Positions 29,530 through 41,120 are shown, counted from the first letter of the stretch. The stretch is DNA of 64,000 nt from an uncultured delta proteobacterium (GCA_963778655.1 CAVZVA010000009.1:96001-160000), one strand, 5' to 3'. The notes: a model not told the origin generated them from the sequence alone. Program-made: numbers and translations.

Positions 29530-29936
29530 CAGTCTCGCGCGCGTCTGCCACGGGCGGTACGCCGCAGGACTGTAGCCGCGTCCACTGCCCCGTCTGCGAC
29601 CCGCGGCAGAGGGCGGTGATTGCCCCCGGCGCGTGCTGTCCGAGCTCGTGCGAGCGGCTGCCCGCAGCGGACGCGGGCAGCGCGAGCGACGCGGGCTCGG
29701 CCGCCGGCTTCGATGCGGGCACCTGTGTGCTGGTGCCGCTGCCGGGCTGCAACAGCAATGCCTGGCCCTACTGCGCGCCCGACTGGCAAACCGCGATGGG
29801 CTGGTACATGGGCTGCCCGAATCCCTTCAGCGAAGCCTCGCTGGCGCGGTGCGACGGCGTCGACGCGAGCTGCTTGTCGATCCCCAACCCCGGCGTGATG
29901 CCGACCTGCGTGAACGGCACTTGCAGCATGCCGTGA
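29530..29936 (+). pseudogene. Fragment of a Cys-rich secreted myxobacterial-type protein
   Basis: CSRVHCPVC...GACCPSSC...DAGS...TCVNGTC in ORF 29418-29936; no credible start or signal peptide. Confidence 0.4.
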
Positions 29937-30540
29937 CTACGCACAACGTTCGTGCAAATCGCGCGACGCAAGCCGCCTCGCGCCACCGTGTACGAGGGGG
30001 ACATCACGTCGTTCCGGAAGATCGCGTCCGGCGGCAGCGAGTGGCGGCTCTCGAGATCGGGATAGCCGAAGGTGGCGAAGTCGAGCACTTCCGTGCCCTT
30101 CACCACCGGCGTGCTGCAGCAGGGCAGGATCTGCTGATCCACGCACCACTGCCGCGTGCAGGGGGCCTGCGACACCTCCTCCACGCTCGGCTCTTCGCGC
30201 CGCTTCGGGCGGCGACACCATCGCCGCTCTGGGCGGCGACGTCGAGCCATTGAAGGCCTGGATCGATCGCCAACACGTCGGGATCGGCGCCGGACGCTGC
30301 GACGTCGAGCGCATCCGCCGCACCGACGAGATCCACGCGCACGACCTTGGAATTGCCCTCGCACGCGATCAGCGCGCTCTTGCCGTCGGGGCGAATGCGA
30401 AGGCCGTGCGCGCCCGTGCGACCAGGCAGCGGGATGCTCCCCGTCGCCCTGGTGGCGATGGGATCGATGGAGCCGGTCGTCACGCGGCCGATCACGTTGA
30501 ACGACGTGTTGTCGATGATGACCAGCTTGTCCGGCGAGCT
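29937..30540 (-). pseudogene. Fragments of a YncE-like beta-propeller gene
   Basis: GAHGLRIRPDGKSALIACEGN, DPDVLAIDPG in ORF 30100-30495; frames broken. Confidence 0.45.
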
Positions 30541-30807
30541 CCTAGGCCATCGGCGAAGGGCTTGGCGGCGAACACGCTCAGCGTAGCCGCTCCCAGGAAG
30601 AAGCCGACGACGGTAGCTCGCCGCTTGGACGCGGGGAGCTTGGCGATTTCGGCCGGCGTTCCGTGCAACTCCGGCTCCTCGCGCTCTTGGTGTGCGGTGG
30701 TTGTGGTCGTCGCGCGCGATGCTCAGAGCACGGGCGCGAAATGGCTGGGCGATGCGGGTGGGCAGTTGCCAATCAAAACGGCTCTGAGGTCAGCAGGGCT
30801 GTGAAGC

Positions 30808-31383
30808 TCAGAGCGCTGGCGAGCTCTCGTTCGCTTCTGCCGGGAGCATCAGGTCTTCGAGGAAGAACGCTGCAAGGTCATGGCGCCCCGACAGCCCTGC
30901 CTTCTTGTAGACGGCTCGGGCTTGCTGCCTGGCGGTAGCCTCGGTGACGGACCGCGCCTCCGCGATCTCTCGATGACTGAGTCCCTTCAAGAGCAGCAGC
31001 CCGACTTCTTTTTCTGCCGGCGAGAGCTGCCAGCGATCGAACTGCTCGTCGATGGCCTGGCTGAGGCCGCGCATGAGATCCCGCGCTTCGCTGCGCCACC
31101 GCTCCGCCTCGGCGGCGCTCTTGGCAAGCTCACCGGCGAGCGCGCTTGCCTCCGCGGACGCGGCTCGAGCCAGGCGCGAGACCAGCACCAGCTTGCGAGC
31201 GACGAGAGCAGCTCCAAGGAACCCAACCAGCAGGATCGTCCCTTCAACAACCACGTGCGAGATCGTCGTTCCCTCGCGGAGGTCGGAGAGGAGATCGGCC
31301 GCTGCCAGGCCCGCCATGAGTGTGAAGGCGATCAGGCTCAACCTGAGCAGCGGTCGCTCGGATGTGAAGTCGGGTTCGTTCAA
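30808..31383 (-). CDS. Membrane-anchored LuxR-family HTH regulator
   Basis: Two N-terminal TM segments; LSPAEKEVGLLLLKGLSHREIA...VYKKAGL. Confidence 0.9.
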   Translation of the reverse strand: MNEPDFTSERPLLRLSLIAFTLMAGLAAADLLSDLREGTTISHVVVEGTILLVGFLGAALVARKLVLVSRLARAASAEASALAGELAKSAAEAERWRSEARDLMRGLSQAIDEQFDRWQLSPAEKEVGLLLLKGLSHREIAEARSVTEATARQQARAVYKKAGLSGRHDLAAFFLEDLMLPAEANESSPAL

Positions 31384-31479
31384 GCGCTTGAAATTCCTAT
31401 CGTCTCACGTCCGTAGGATAGACCGCGCCTATCCCCGAGACCATGGTGGCTATCAAGTCATACCGCTGGAGGCTTCACC

Positions 31480-31996
31480 ATGGACACCCTGTTCTTCCAC
31501 CCCAAAGTCGTTCACATCCCCATCGCCCTGGGAGTGCTGATGCCCCTCCTCGCCGGTGGGGTTTTGCTGGCATGGTGGCGAAAGTGGCTCCCGGCCCGAA
31601 GTTGGGTGCTGGTCGTCGCGCTGCAAGCCGTTCTGCTCGGCTCCGGCATCGTTGCTCTCCAAACAGGTGAGGCCGAGGAGGATCGGGTCGAACGGGTCGT
31701 CCCCGAGCAAGCCATCGAGGAACACGAAGCAGCAGCGGAGGCCTTCGTGTGGGCGAGCGGCGGCGTGCTGGCGGTGATGCTACTGGCCGGTGCGCTCGGC
31801 TCCCGCCGAATCGGGCTTGCCGACCGCGGCGGCTGCGACGCTCGGGACGCTGCTCGTGCTGGGACTCGGCTACCGCACCGGTCAAGCCGGCGGGAGCCTG
31901 GTCTACGAGCACGGCGCGGCCCAGGCCTACTCCGGCAGCGTGGCTCCGGGGGCAGGTGCCCGGACCGGGTCGCCGGGTCAGGACGACGATGACTGA
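31480..31996 (+). CDS. DUF2231-like membrane protein (frameshift at ~31815)
   Basis: HPKVVHIPIAL, TGEAEE, HEAAAE; GQAGGSLVYEHGA in the second frame; divergent from luxR. Confidence 0.75.
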
Positions 31997-32075
31997 TCTG
32001 CCATCCGACGGATAGCCGGACCACAAGAGCCTGAAACCACGCGTCTATCACATCCGTGAAGGCATGAGGTCGATG

Positions 32076-32145
32076 GCTCGGAACGTTCACGACGGGATGC
32101 CGTGGCAGCGTTCCCAGGCTTCTCGCCTAGTAACGAAATCTTTGC
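32076..32145. repeat. Degenerate third copy of the B-box region
   Basis: CGTTCCCAGGCTTCTCGCCTAGTAACGAAATCTTTGCC aligns with 29221-29258 CGTGCCCAGGGCTCCTTGCTGGTAACGAATTCTTTACC. Confidence 0.6.
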
Positions 32146-32260
32146 CGAAGCCAGCGCATCTGCCGGCGGGATCATCTGCCGCACTCCGCGCTGACGGACC
32201 CATGCCGTCGCCTCAACCGCGCGCCTGACCCTCGACGGGCACCTCTGCGTTCAGCACGAC

Positions 32261-32851
32261 CTACGGCTTCCAGCTGCAACCAGTCTCGCAGTCGACGTGC
32301 CGAAGCGAGAGCTTGCCGGCAGCGATCTCGAGCACGCCGAACACGATCGGGAGATGAAAGCGGCGTGGTCCGATTGAGCCGGGGTTGAACACGGTCAAGC
32401 CGCGGTCTTTTCCGAAGAAGGGCACGTGGGAGTGGCCGCATACGATGAGCCCGGCGCCGCTTCTCGCCGCCAGTCGCGCGGCGTCGGCACGAATCGTCGG
32501 GCCGTGCACCGCGATGTGCATGAGCAGGACCTTGAGCGCGCTCTGGTTGCCGGTACGGACGTCGATCGTGACGGAGTCAGGCATGTCCGTCGCCCGCTCG
32601 TCGATGTTGCCGCGCACCGCAATCACAGGCGCGACCTTTTCGAGCTCATCGAGCACTGCACGGTCGCCGATGTCGCCAGCGTGCAAAATCGCGTCGGGCA
32701 GGAGCGCCGCGATGTGCTTTGTGGCGGAGGGATGCGGCAGGCTGTGCGTATCGGCCACGAGCGCGAGTCGCAGCTCGTCGCGGTCGTTGAGCGCAAGGCA
32801 GGCTTCCGCTTCAACCCATCGACGCGGTTTGCTTCGTCGCATGCTCGGCAC
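32261..32851 (-). CDS. YfcE-family metallophosphoesterase
   Basis: ADTH, HAGD, VRGNID, CGHSH, NPGS motifs. Confidence 0.93.
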   Translation of the reverse strand: MPSMRRSKPRRWVEAEACLALNDRDELRLALVADTHSLPHPSATKHIAALLPDAILHAGDIGDRAVLDELEKVAPVIAVRGNIDERATDMPDSVTIDVRTGNQSALKVLLMHIAVHGPTIRADAARLAARSGAGLIVCGHSHVPFFGKDRGLTVFNPGSIGPRRFHLPIVFGVLEIAAGKLSLRHVDCETGCSWKP

Positions 32852-32875
32852 GGGTCCAGGCGGGCTGCGCTGCGT

Positions 32876-33349
32876 TCAGAACGGGATGTCGTCGTCGGTG
32901 AGCGGCGGGATGTCGTCGGGCGCTTGGAAGCCGCCGCTTTGGCGATCCTCTTCATGGTCGCCCTGGCCGTCGTCGCCGCGCTGGCGTGCCAGCTCGGCTT
33001 CGATCGCGGCCATCAGCACGCGCTCCTTGTCGTGCCAGCGCGACTTTGCGGGATCGCCGAGCGTGCGTTGGCAACCGCTCAAGTAGAACTCGAGGTCGGC
33101 TGTGCTGGCGCCCGCGATCGGTTGGCCCTTGCTGCGTCCGTAGGGTGGGAAGACCATCCCGCCGCCGCCGGTCGGGGCTGCCGAGCGGCGCGCCGGAGCG
33201 GCGACATCGGCGGCGCTGCCGATCGACAGCTCGCCCAAGACCAAGTTGAAACCGTCTCCCGACCGAACCGCGGTGCCTACGCGGACCGCCTCCTTCGAGC
33301 CATCTGGGCGGGTGACGAGAACCGTAACCGGGAAGCTTTGGGCGTTCAT
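32876..33349 (-). CDS. Hypothetical protein with an SSB-type acidic tail (DDDIPF)
   Basis: C-terminus [10 protein letters not shown]; internal [13 protein letters not shown]. Confidence 0.75.
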   Translation of the reverse strand: MNAQSFPVTVLVTRPDGSKEAVRVGTAVRSGDGFNLVLGELSIGSAADVAAPARRSAAPTGGGGMVFPPYGRSKGQPIAGASTADLEFYLSGCQRTLGDPAKSRWHDKERVLMAAIEAELARQRGDDGQGDHEEDRQSGGFQAPDDIPPLTDDDIPF

Positions 33350-33569
33350 GTGCTGGACATGCCACCTGAGCGTCGTCCTGACAACTGGGGCGCTGCCATA
33401 TCGTATTTCCCCAAGACCCAACGCCAAAGACTTCCTGCGCAAGACCGGCTGCCTCTGCCTCCTGCAGCGTCGGTCGACGGACCGCGAAGCCGCGCCGCCA
33501 CGGCCGATGGACGATCGTCCTCAGTTCAGCGTCGCCGCCAGCCGCGCGAGCTGCAAGAAACTCAGTGCG

Positions 33570-33950
33570 TCAGGCCGGCGGCCTGAGCGCGTAGCGCCCG
33601 TAGGCAATGAACGCCGCCATCAGCCCCATCACGACGACGTAGACCAGCGGGTTGGTAGCGGTCAGAGCAAGCGAATACCGCGCATACAACACGGCGAGGG
33701 CCAAGGATTCCAGCGCGAGCGCGGCGGCGGCGAGCGGGGTCAGGACCGGGATCCACTTCACGGCGGCCGGAACGACTAGCAGGAGCGCACATACCATCTC
33801 GAACACACCGATCGCGCCCCATCCACCGCGCGAGAGCGCGCCCGCCGCCGGCACCTTCGCCAGCTCGTCGAACTGGAACACTTTGTATGACCCGCCTGCC
33901 AGGGAGAGCAGGGCGAGCGCGGCCTGGAGGATCCACAAGAGGACGTTCAT
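33570..33950 (-). CDS. DoxX-family membrane protein
   Basis: LWILQAALAL...GSYK, IGVFE, LTPLAAAAL; four TM segments. Confidence 0.85.
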   Translation of the reverse strand: MNVLLWILQAALALLSLAGGSYKVFQFDELAKVPAAGALSRGGWGAIGVFEMVCALLLVVPAAVKWIPVLTPLAAAALALESLALAVLYARYSLALTATNPLVYVVVMGLMAAFIAYGRYALRPPA

Positions 33951-34519
33951 CGGTTGGCTCCTTGCCCGTCTGCGCTTTCGCGGCGCGCTTCGATGCCGAG
34001 CTGCTTCGCGTACTCAGCGCTCAATCGCCGCCAGCCGTCGAGCTTCATGGCCTCGCGGCCGGCGATGCGCCCGATCGGCTCACCCGCGAGGAGCCGCTCG
34101 AGGACGTCGAAGCAGATGTGCCAACCCGCGGCACCCCAAGAGATGAAGCGGCGGTCGATGTTGATGAAGAGCCTGAGGCGCGTGCCGCTGCCTACTGATT
34201 CGAGCTCCCACCGAAGGTCGTTGCCAGCCCAGCTGTGCTCGAGCAGCCTCGGCGCCTCGGCCCGTTTCACGGTGCTCTCGGAGATCTGCGTCGAGGGCGC
34301 CCCGACCGTCGAGAGCTTCACCGGGCCCACCGTGGCCAGGCTCCGATCGGCGTCGAACGGTGCCCACTCCGACAGCTGCGCGGGATCGGTCAGCGCCGCC
34401 CACACGATGGCCGGTGAATGACAGAGGTCGCGGACGAGAACGAGCGTCCACTTCTCCCCGTCCTTCTCGACCCGGGCCCCCGCGGCAGGGTCGGGCGCGT
34501 ACTTGTCGCGGTTGCTCAT
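33947..34519 (-). CDS. SRPBCC/AHSA1-family protein
   Basis: VWAALTDPAQLSEW, PRLLEHSW, LRWEL, AAGWHICFD. Confidence 0.9.
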   Translation of the reverse strand: MSNRDKYAPDPAAGARVEKDGEKWTLVLVRDLCHSPAIVWAALTDPAQLSEWAPFDADRSLATVGPVKLSTVGAPSTQISESTVKRAEAPRLLEHSWAGNDLRWELESVGSGTRLRLFINIDRRFISWGAAGWHICFDVLERLLAGEPIGRIAGREAMKLDGWRRLSAEYAKQLGIEARRESADGQGANR

Positions 34520-34860
34520 CGTCTCCTTCCCTTCTTCCGTGGTATCGCATCGACGCGGTCGAGGTGCCGTTCGAGCGCATCGAGGTGGGCGGACCAGAAG
34601 CGGCGGAACGGAGCCAGCCAGGCGTCAACCTCCATGAGCGGCTCGGGCCGGATCCGGTACATGCGCCTTTGCGCGTCGATGCGCGCCTCCACGAACCCCG
34701 CGTCACGCAGGACCCGGAGGTGCTTGGAGACCGAGGGCTGGGGCATGCGGAGCTGGCGCTCGATCTCGCCGACGGACCGCTCCGATGACGCCAGCAAGCT
34801 CAAGATGGCCCGGCGGTTCGGTTCCGCGATGATGGCAAATGCAGATTCCACGCACCGCAT
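34516..34860 (-). CDS. ArsR/SmtB-family regulator
   Basis: AEPNRRAILSLL, QPSVSKHLRVLRDAGFV. Confidence 0.92.
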   Translation of the reverse strand: MRCVESAFAIIAEPNRRAILSLLASSERSVGEIERQLRMPQPSVSKHLRVLRDAGFVEARIDAQRRMYRIRPEPLMEVDAWLAPFRRFWSAHLDALERHLDRVDAIPRKKGRRR

Positions 34861-34936
34861 GTAACCCGATGGGAATATGCGTGTCAAGGCATATGACGAG
34901 CGGCCCGGCCGGCGCGTCGCGGATGCGGGCGATGCT

Positions 34937-35110
34937 CTAGGTCGTAGCGACCAGCAGCTCTTCCGAATCGTTGGGCGGGCGAAGGCCATCGGTCCTGCCG
35001 GCGAAATAGCGCTCGGCAAGAGCCGCCGCCGACACGTGCCTCGCATCTCGAAAGCCGGCCTCGCGCGCCAGCGCGAGCATCTTCGCCGGCGTGAAGAAGC
35101 TGATGAACGA
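34937..35110 (-). pseudogene. C-terminal remnant, probably of a class I SAM-dependent methyltransferase
   Basis: Manual translation FISFFTPAKMLALAREAGFRDARHVS...RYFAGRTDGLRPP...LLVATT*; no start; abuts the upstream stop codon. Confidence 0.6.
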
Positions 35111-35557
35111 CTAGTCGGCCCGCTTGCTGCTCGCTCGCCGGGGCTTCGGCTGGCTCTTCTTCTTCGGCTTGCTCTTGAGCTCGAGATTGAGCGCCACTGC
35201 AGCGCGGATGAGGTCCTTCAGGGCCGCCTCATCGACCTTCTCGCCTTCGTGGATGTCGATGGCGCGCCTGACGTTGCCGTCGAGGCTGGAGTTGAATAAG
35301 CCTGAAGGGTCCTTCAACGCAGCTCCCTTGGCAAAAGTCATCTTGACGACCTTCTTGTACGTCTCTCCCGTGCAGACGATGCCGCCGCGGGACCAGACGG
35401 GAGTGCCCATCCACTTCCACTCTTCGACGATCTCGGGGTCTGCCCGGCGAATGATCTGGCGCACCTTCGCGAGCGTCTTCCCGCGCCAGTCCCCGAGCTG
35501 CTTGATCTTCTCGTCGATCAATGCAGAGGCGGATTCCGTCGGGACGGGTTTCTTCAT
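35111..35557 (-). CDS. DUF1801 (YdhG-like) protein
   Basis: LGDWRGKTL, EEWKWMGTPVWS, FAKGAALKDP, FNSSLDGNVRRAID. Confidence 0.92.
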   Translation of the reverse strand: MKKPVPTESASALIDEKIKQLGDWRGKTLAKVRQIIRRADPEIVEEWKWMGTPVWSRGGIVCTGETYKKVVKMTFAKGAALKDPSGLFNSSLDGNVRRAIDIHEGEKVDEAALKDLIRAAVALNLELKSKPKKKSQPKPRRASSKRAD

Positions 35558-35911
35558 GTGCAGCTCCAGCTCTTGGACCTGGTGCAACGCTCAGCGTAAT
35601 GCGAAACGCGAAGGTACGTTACGTCAAGGCCTGCCCCACCGGCAACGCGGCGGCGGTCAACAGGGCCCGACTGCGAAATCGGAGCCTGTGGCATGACCTT
35701 GACAGCCGCCGCGCGGCAGAAGCTATCCTGGGTGTCCGGGCAGGTTGCCGCAGGCCTACCGGGTATCGAGAGACATGCCGCTCAGGCCGGAGTGGGCGCG
35801 CGGGCTGTGAGCCTGCGACAGCCGTCGCGTCGCCGCACGATCCGATTGGGCACGCCAGCGCTCCTGGAGCGCCCACGGGCGCCGGCAGGGCTCCTGGGTC
35901 ACAATCGGCGG

Positions 35912-37537
35912 GTGCGCCGTCCGCTTGCGAGCACGCTGCGTTTGGTGTGGCTTGGGTCGTGGCTCGGGCTCTCGGCGTGCAATGCGGCTCATTCCGTGGC
36001 TCCGGGTGGGGGCGCAGGCTCCTCCGCGCAGCCTGCCTCGGGCGGGGGCGGCGGCGCGGCCCAAGACGGCGGCGGGCCAGAGTCGGTTGTGGGCGGGCGC
36101 GCGGCCGATGGTGGCGAGCTCGCGCGTTCGGGCGGCGGGGCGGGTAGCTCGCCGATCTCGACCGCGGCGTCGGGACACACAGGGCCGGACGCAGGCGCGA
36201 GCGATCCCGCCGCGTCCGGCGGAACCGCGTCGAGCAGCCCCTGGCAGGAGCTGTGCTCGTTTCGCGCGCACTCGACGCCGGGCGGGATCGTCGCGGATCA
36301 GGCGCAGAAGAATCACGAGGCGCTGATCGATTCGCAGGGCGACCTGGTGCTGATCGCTTCGTTCGGCGGGACGCTCTCGGTCGGCGCGACGACCCTCGCC
36401 GCAGGCGGCCAGGAAGGGGCCGTCGTGATCAAGCTCGACCGCGACTGCAAGCCGGTCTGGGCCAAGTCGTTCGGCGGGCAGGGGTATGCCGAGGTGTGGT
36501 TCACCGCGATCGCTCGCGACGAAACCGACAACCTGTACTTGTCCGGCGGCATCTACGGAACGACCGACCTCGGCGACGCCACCGTCAACGGTGAAGGTAC
36601 CTACTACGGCTTCCTGCTCAAGCTCGACCCGCAAGGCGCAGTCGTGTGGAAACAGATCTACACCAGCACGGCGGCAGCCGTCGCCGTGACCGACCTCGTC
36701 ACCGACGCGCAGCATCGCATCACGCTGGTCGGATACGGGGGCGCCGACACCAGCCTGGGCGGCGCTCCGATCGGTTTCCTCTATGCTGCGAGCATCCCTT
36801 TCCTGGCGCAGCTCACGACCGACGGCGCTTTCGGCTGGAGCGAGACCTTCGACAGTGGCGACCTGCTGTACGGATTGGCCGACGGACCCCACGACGACGG
36901 CATCGTGCTGACGGGCTGGGGCTCGCAACAGGTCGACTTGGGCAGCGGGCCGCTCTCGCTCGGCAAGGGAGGGCGCTTCCTGGCCAAGCTCGACCCGAGC
37001 GGCGCGCAGCAGTGGCTGCGGGCTCTGCCGCACGGGGCCGACGTGGATCAATGGAACTGGTGGAAGGGTGGCGTGGCGGTGGATGCGCGCGGTGCCATCG
37101 ACGTCTTGCGCGACGAGCCGCAGACCTTGCCCGGCGACAGCGGCGCCCGCGTGCTCGACGACTCGGTCGAGCAATACGCGCCGGACGGCACGACGGCGTG
37201 GCAACGTCGTGCGTCGGACGCCACGGTGTTCGATCACGAGTGGGGCAGCGCGCTGGCGCTCTTCTCCGACGGCGGTCCACTGCGCTTCGGCTCGTTCACC
37301 GGAACGACGACCTACGGAGGCCAAACCCTGACCAGTCGCGGCGGCAGCGACGTCGTGCTGCTCGAGCTCAGCCCGGACGGCGAGCCGCTCTCCACCCGTG
37401 CGCTGGGCGGCGAGCTCGACGACCGCGCGCTCGGCGTGGCGGTCGACCAGGACGACCACGTGTTCGCGGTCTACGTCGGCGACGAGACCGAATCGGGGGA
37501 TTTGATGGATTTGGTCGTGACGAAGCTCGGCCGGTAG
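35912..37537 (+). CDS. Secreted/lipoprotein beta-propeller (SBBP-like repeats) with Gly-rich linker
   Basis: LSAC lipobox-like segment; repeated (F/V)LxKLDPxG..W motifs; start uncertain. Confidence 0.75.
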   Translation: MRRPLASTLRLVWLGSWLGLSACNAAHSVAPGGGAGSSAQPASGGGGGAAQDGGGPESVVGGRAADGGELARSGGGAGSSPISTAASGHTGPDAGASDPAASGGTASSSPWQELCSFRAHSTPGGIVADQAQKNHEALIDSQGDLVLIASFGGTLSVGATTLAAGGQEGAVVIKLDRDCKPVWAKSFGGQGYAEVWFTAIARDETDNLYLSGGIYGTTDLGDATVNGEGTYYGFLLKLDPQGAVVWKQIYTSTAAAVAVTDLVTDAQHRITLVGYGGADTSLGGAPIGFLYAASIPFLAQLTTDGAFGWSETFDSGDLLYGLADGPHDDGIVLTGWGSQQVDLGSGPLSLGKGGRFLAKLDPSGAQQWLRALPHGADVDQWNWWKGGVAVDARGAIDVLRDEPQTLPGDSGARVLDDSVEQYAPDGTTAWQRRASDATVFDHEWGSALALFSDGGPLRFGSFTGTTTYGGQTLTSRGGSDVVLLELSPDGEPLSTRALGGELDDRALGVAVDQDDHVFAVYVGDETESGDLMDLVVTKLGR

Positions 37538-37579
37538 GGCTGTTCGACCGGCACGCTCAAGTGGTTGCGAGCAACCGCT

Positions 37580-39973
37580 TCAGGGCGCGCGTTTTTGATC
37601 GCGTGGCGTGAACAGCGGCTCGACTTGGGCGAGCTGGCGGGCGAGCACGAGGGGGTCGGAGGTCGGGAGCTGGCAGCGGCCGCGCTCGCAGACGAAAGCG
37701 GTCGGGCTGCCGTGCAGGGCGTGCTTGGCGTCGAGCCCAGCAATCCGGCGCGCGAGCGCCTCCAGCTCGGGGCCCTCGCTGGCCAGCGCGAAGAGCCGGT
37801 TGGGAAGGTATGCTTTGCGAACGCACGAAACCAGCGGCTCGGCATTCGCCTGTGCATTCGGACGCAGCACGAAGACCTCGAGCGGCCGGTCGAAGTAGCT
37901 GTCCAGGGCGGAGAGCAGCTTCGGAAAGGCGCTCGGCGAGCGCGAGAGGTCGTAGGAGAACGCTGCGAACGTCCGCTCGGCGCGCCGGCGGTAGTCGCGA
38001 TCCAGCGTGAGCTCGCCGAAGCGCAGCAGATTCATCAGCGCGACCGAATTGCCGGAGGGCTCGGCGCCGTCATACGCGGGCTTGTCGCGTGCCAGGACCC
38101 GCTCGTGGTCGTCGCTGGTGAGGAAGTAGCCGCCGCCCTCCGCATCCCAGAAGTGGCGGTCGAGAAGCCGCTGCAGCGCCACGGCCTGATCGAGCCGCGC
38201 CGGATCCGAGGTGGCCTCGAACAGATCGAGCAAGCCTGCGATGAAGAACGCATAGTCGTCGAGATAGCCGTCCCCGCGCGCGCGTCCGACCTCGAAGCTG
38301 TGCCGGAGCCCGCCGTCGTCGCCGCGAAGGTGGTCGAGCACGAAGTCCGCGGCGCGCGCCGCGCGCCGGGTGTAGCTCGCGTCGGCTAGAACGAGCCCAG
38401 CCCGGGCAAACGCAGAGATCATCAGGCCGTTGGTCGAGGTCAGGATCTTGTCGTCGCGGTGGGGATACGGCCTGCGGCTGCGGACTTCGAGCAGGCGCGT
38501 GCGCGCGCGCTCGATGCTCTGCTGGAGCTCGGCCGCAGGCAGCTTCAGCTCCGCGGCGACCTCCGCATCGGAGCGCGGGCGGGACAGGATGTTGCGTCCT
38601 TCGAAGTTGCCGGAGTCGGTGACGCCGAAGTACGCGCGGGCGGCGCGGGCGTCGCCGGGCTCGAGCGCCGCGTCGATCTCCGCGGGCGTCCAGGTGAAGA
38701 AGTAGCCCTCCTGGTCATGACCCGCAGGCGCAGGGCTGTCGGCATCGGTCGCCGAGAAGAACGCGCCCGAAGCAGCCGTCATCTCGCGGCCGGCGTAGTC
38801 CAGCGTCTGGCGGGCGACGCGCGCGAAGTCCTCGCGTCCGGCGACCTGATAGGCGTCGAGGTAGAGCGAGGCCAGCTGCGCGTTGTCGTTGAGCATCTTC
38901 TCGAAGTGCGGCACGAGCCAGCGCGCGTCGGTGGCGTAGCGGTGAAAGCCGCCGCCGATCTGGTCGTAGATCCCGCCTGCCGCCATTGCGGTGAGCGTGC
39001 GCGTGACCATCTCGAGCGCATGCCCATCGCCGGTGCGCCGGTGGTAGCGCAGCAGCAGCTCGAGCAGCGCCGGCTGCGGGAACTTTGGCGCGCGGCCAAA
39101 GCCTCCCCAGGTGGCGTCGAAGGAGGCCGCGACCTCGCGCACGGCCTGCTCGATCAGCGCCTTGGGCAGGTCGCCCGGAGGGCTGGGCGCGGAGGCGGCT
39201 GCGATGCGCCGGCTCAGCTGCCGCGCGCGCGCCACGACCTCCGAGCGGTGGGCGTCATACTCGCGCTTGAGCTCGCGCAGGATCGACAGCAGGCCCTGGC
39301 GCGTGCCGCGATCGCCGTCGTGCGCGGGGAAGTAGGTCCCGCCGAAGAAAGGGTCCTTGTCCGGCGTGAGCACCAGCGTCATCGGCCATCCTCCGCCGCC
39401 GGTGAGCATCTGCACGACCTTCATATAGACGCCGTCGAGGTCGGGGCGCTCCTCGCGGTCGACCTTGATCGCGATGTAGTTTTGGTTCAGGTAGGTCGCG
39501 ATCTCGAGGTCCTCGAACGACTCGCGTTCCATCACGTGGCACCAGTGACAGGTGGAGTAGCCGATGGACAAGAGCACGGGCTTGCCCTCGCGGCGCGCTC
39601 GCTCGAACGCTTCTTCGCCCCACGGGTACCAGCTCACCGGGTTGTGCGCGTGCTGGAGCAGATAGGGGCTAGTCTCCAGGATCAACCGATTGACGTATTT
39701 CGGCGAGCCGTCGGGCTCGAGGTAACGCGTGTGCGGCCGGTACGAGGGACCCTTGGCGTGCAGCGCAGCGTGCAGGCGGGCCATGAGCTGCGGGTCCGCG
39801 CGGCCGAGGCCGGGTAGCGCGGGATTGGCCTCGGGCGCGCTGGCGTCTGCGGCCGAAGAAGCCGTGCCCGCTCGCAAGCTTCCGCAAGCTCTGGGCCCGT
39901 TGCATGCGGCCACCGCGCCGAGCAGGATCAGGACGCGGTGTAGCCTGTGCTTTACTTTTTGTCGTTCTGGCAT
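37580..39973 (-). CDS. YyaL/SSP411 (DUF255) thioredoxin-domain protein
   Basis: [45 protein letters not shown]; start uncertain. Confidence 0.95.
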   Translation of the reverse strand: MPERQKVKHRLHRVLILLGAVAACNGPRACGSLRAGTASSAADASAPEANPALPGLGRADPQLMARLHAALHAKGPSYRPHTRYLEPDGSPKYVNRLILETSPYLLQHAHNPVSWYPWGEEAFERARREGKPVLLSIGYSTCHWCHVMERESFEDLEIATYLNQNYIAIKVDREERPDLDGVYMKVVQMLTGGGGWPMTLVLTPDKDPFFGGTYFPAHDGDRGTRQGLLSILRELKREYDAHRSEVVARARQLSRRIAAASAPSPPGDLPKALIEQAVREVAASFDATWGGFGRAPKFPQPALLELLLRYHRRTGDGHALEMVTRTLTAMAAGGIYDQIGGGFHRYATDARWLVPHFEKMLNDNAQLASLYLDAYQVAGREDFARVARQTLDYAGREMTAASGAFFSATDADSPAPAGHDQEGYFFTWTPAEIDAALEPGDARAARAYFGVTDSGNFEGRNILSRPRSDAEVAAELKLPAAELQQSIERARTRLLEVRSRRPYPHRDDKILTSTNGLMISAFARAGLVLADASYTRRAARAADFVLDHLRGDDGGLRHSFEVGRARGDGYLDDYAFFIAGLLDLFEATSDPARLDQAVALQRLLDRHFWDAEGGGYFLTSDDHERVLARDKPAYDGAEPSGNSVALMNLLRFGELTLDRDYRRRAERTFAAFSYDLSRSPSAFPKLLSALDSYFDRPLEVFVLRPNAQANAEPLVSCVRKAYLPNRLFALASEGPELEALARRIAGLDAKHALHGSPTAFVCERGRCQLPTSDPLVLARQLAQVEPLFTPRDQKRAP

Positions 39974-40007
39974 TACAGGTGGCGTCCCGCCGCGGAGGCG
40001 ATCACCT

Positions 40008-41120
40008 TTGGCCGAGCTTCCGATCACCAGCAGGCTTCGCCAGCGTCGCACGGACGCAGGGCTTTCCCAGGGAGAGCTTGCGGAGCGGGTGGGCATTTCG
40101 CGGCAAGCCGTAGTCGCGATCGAGGCGGGGCGGCAGGTGCCGTCCACGCTGATCGCGCTGCAGCTGGCCAGAGCGCTTCGCTGCGGCGTCGAAGACCTGT
40201 TCGCGCTGCCCGCGGGGCCGACCTTTTCTGCGTCGCTCGCGCCGGCCGCGGCGACGGAGGTCGCATCGAGGCTCGCGATCGGACGCGTCGACGGCGTCTG
40301 GGCCGCTCATCCCATCGAGCTTGGCGATCGGCCGGGTGACGGCCTGCTCGTCGGTGATGTGCAGGCGAATGGAAGCGCGCTGGTCGAGCCGCTCGGCGAT
40401 ACCGGCGAGCTCGAGCGAAACGTGCTGGTGGCTGGCTGCGCGCCGCTGCTCGGGGTGCTCGCAGGTCGTGTTGGAAGACGTCACGAAGAGGCGCGGGCGA
40501 CCTGGATCCCGGCCAACAGCACGCGAGCGCTCGATCTGCTGGCACGAGGCCTGGTCCACGTCGCCGGCCTGCACCTGGTCGACGCGCAGCTGCCGGGAGG
40601 GCACGCCGCCGTCGTGCGCCAGCATTTCCCCGCGCAATGCATGACGATCGTGAACCTGACGCGCTGGCGGCAGGGATTCGTGGTCGCACGCGACAATCCG
40701 CTCGGAATCCGCGACGCAAGCGATCTGTTGCGACCCGACGTGCGCTTCGCGCGCCGCGATCCCGGCGCCGGAGCCCAGAAGGTCGTGCAGCGGCTGCTTC
40801 TGGCCGGCGGGTACGCGGAGCGCACGCTTGCGGGCGGCCCGCTCGCGTCGGGTCACGCCGAGGTCGGCAGGTTGATCCGGTTGGGCCTGGCTGACGTCGG
40901 TGTCGCCATCGAAGCCGTTGCGCTGGCCGAGGGTCTCGACTTCATTCCACTGAGCGAAGAGCGGTTCGACCTGATCGTGCCCCGGGCGCGCCTCGACCAA
41001 CGCCCGGTGGCGCGGCTGCTGGAGCTGATCGAGCGCGCCGCATTCCAGGCCGACGCGCGTCGCATCGCCGGCTACGACCTCTCGACCGCCGGGCACGCGG
41101 CGACCGTGGCCGCGCAATAG
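40008..41120 (+). CDS. XRE-HTH + periplasmic-binding-like domain regulator (molybdate-associated)
   Basis: [45 protein letters not shown] before TTG 40008. Confidence 0.85.
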   Translation: MAELPITSRLRQRRTDAGLSQGELAERVGISRQAVVAIEAGRQVPSTLIALQLARALRCGVEDLFALPAGPTFSASLAPAAATEVASRLAIGRVDGVWAAHPIELGDRPGDGLLVGDVQANGSALVEPLGDTGELERNVLVAGCAPLLGVLAGRVGRRHEEARATWIPANSTRALDLLARGLVHVAGLHLVDAQLPGGHAAVVRQHFPAQCMTIVNLTRWRQGFVVARDNPLGIRDASDLLRPDVRFARRDPGAGAQKVVQRLLLAGGYAERTLAGGPLASGHAEVGRLIRLGLADVGVAIEAVALAEGLDFIPLSEERFDLIVPRARLDQRPVARLLELIERAAFQADARRIAGYDLSTAGHAATVAAQ

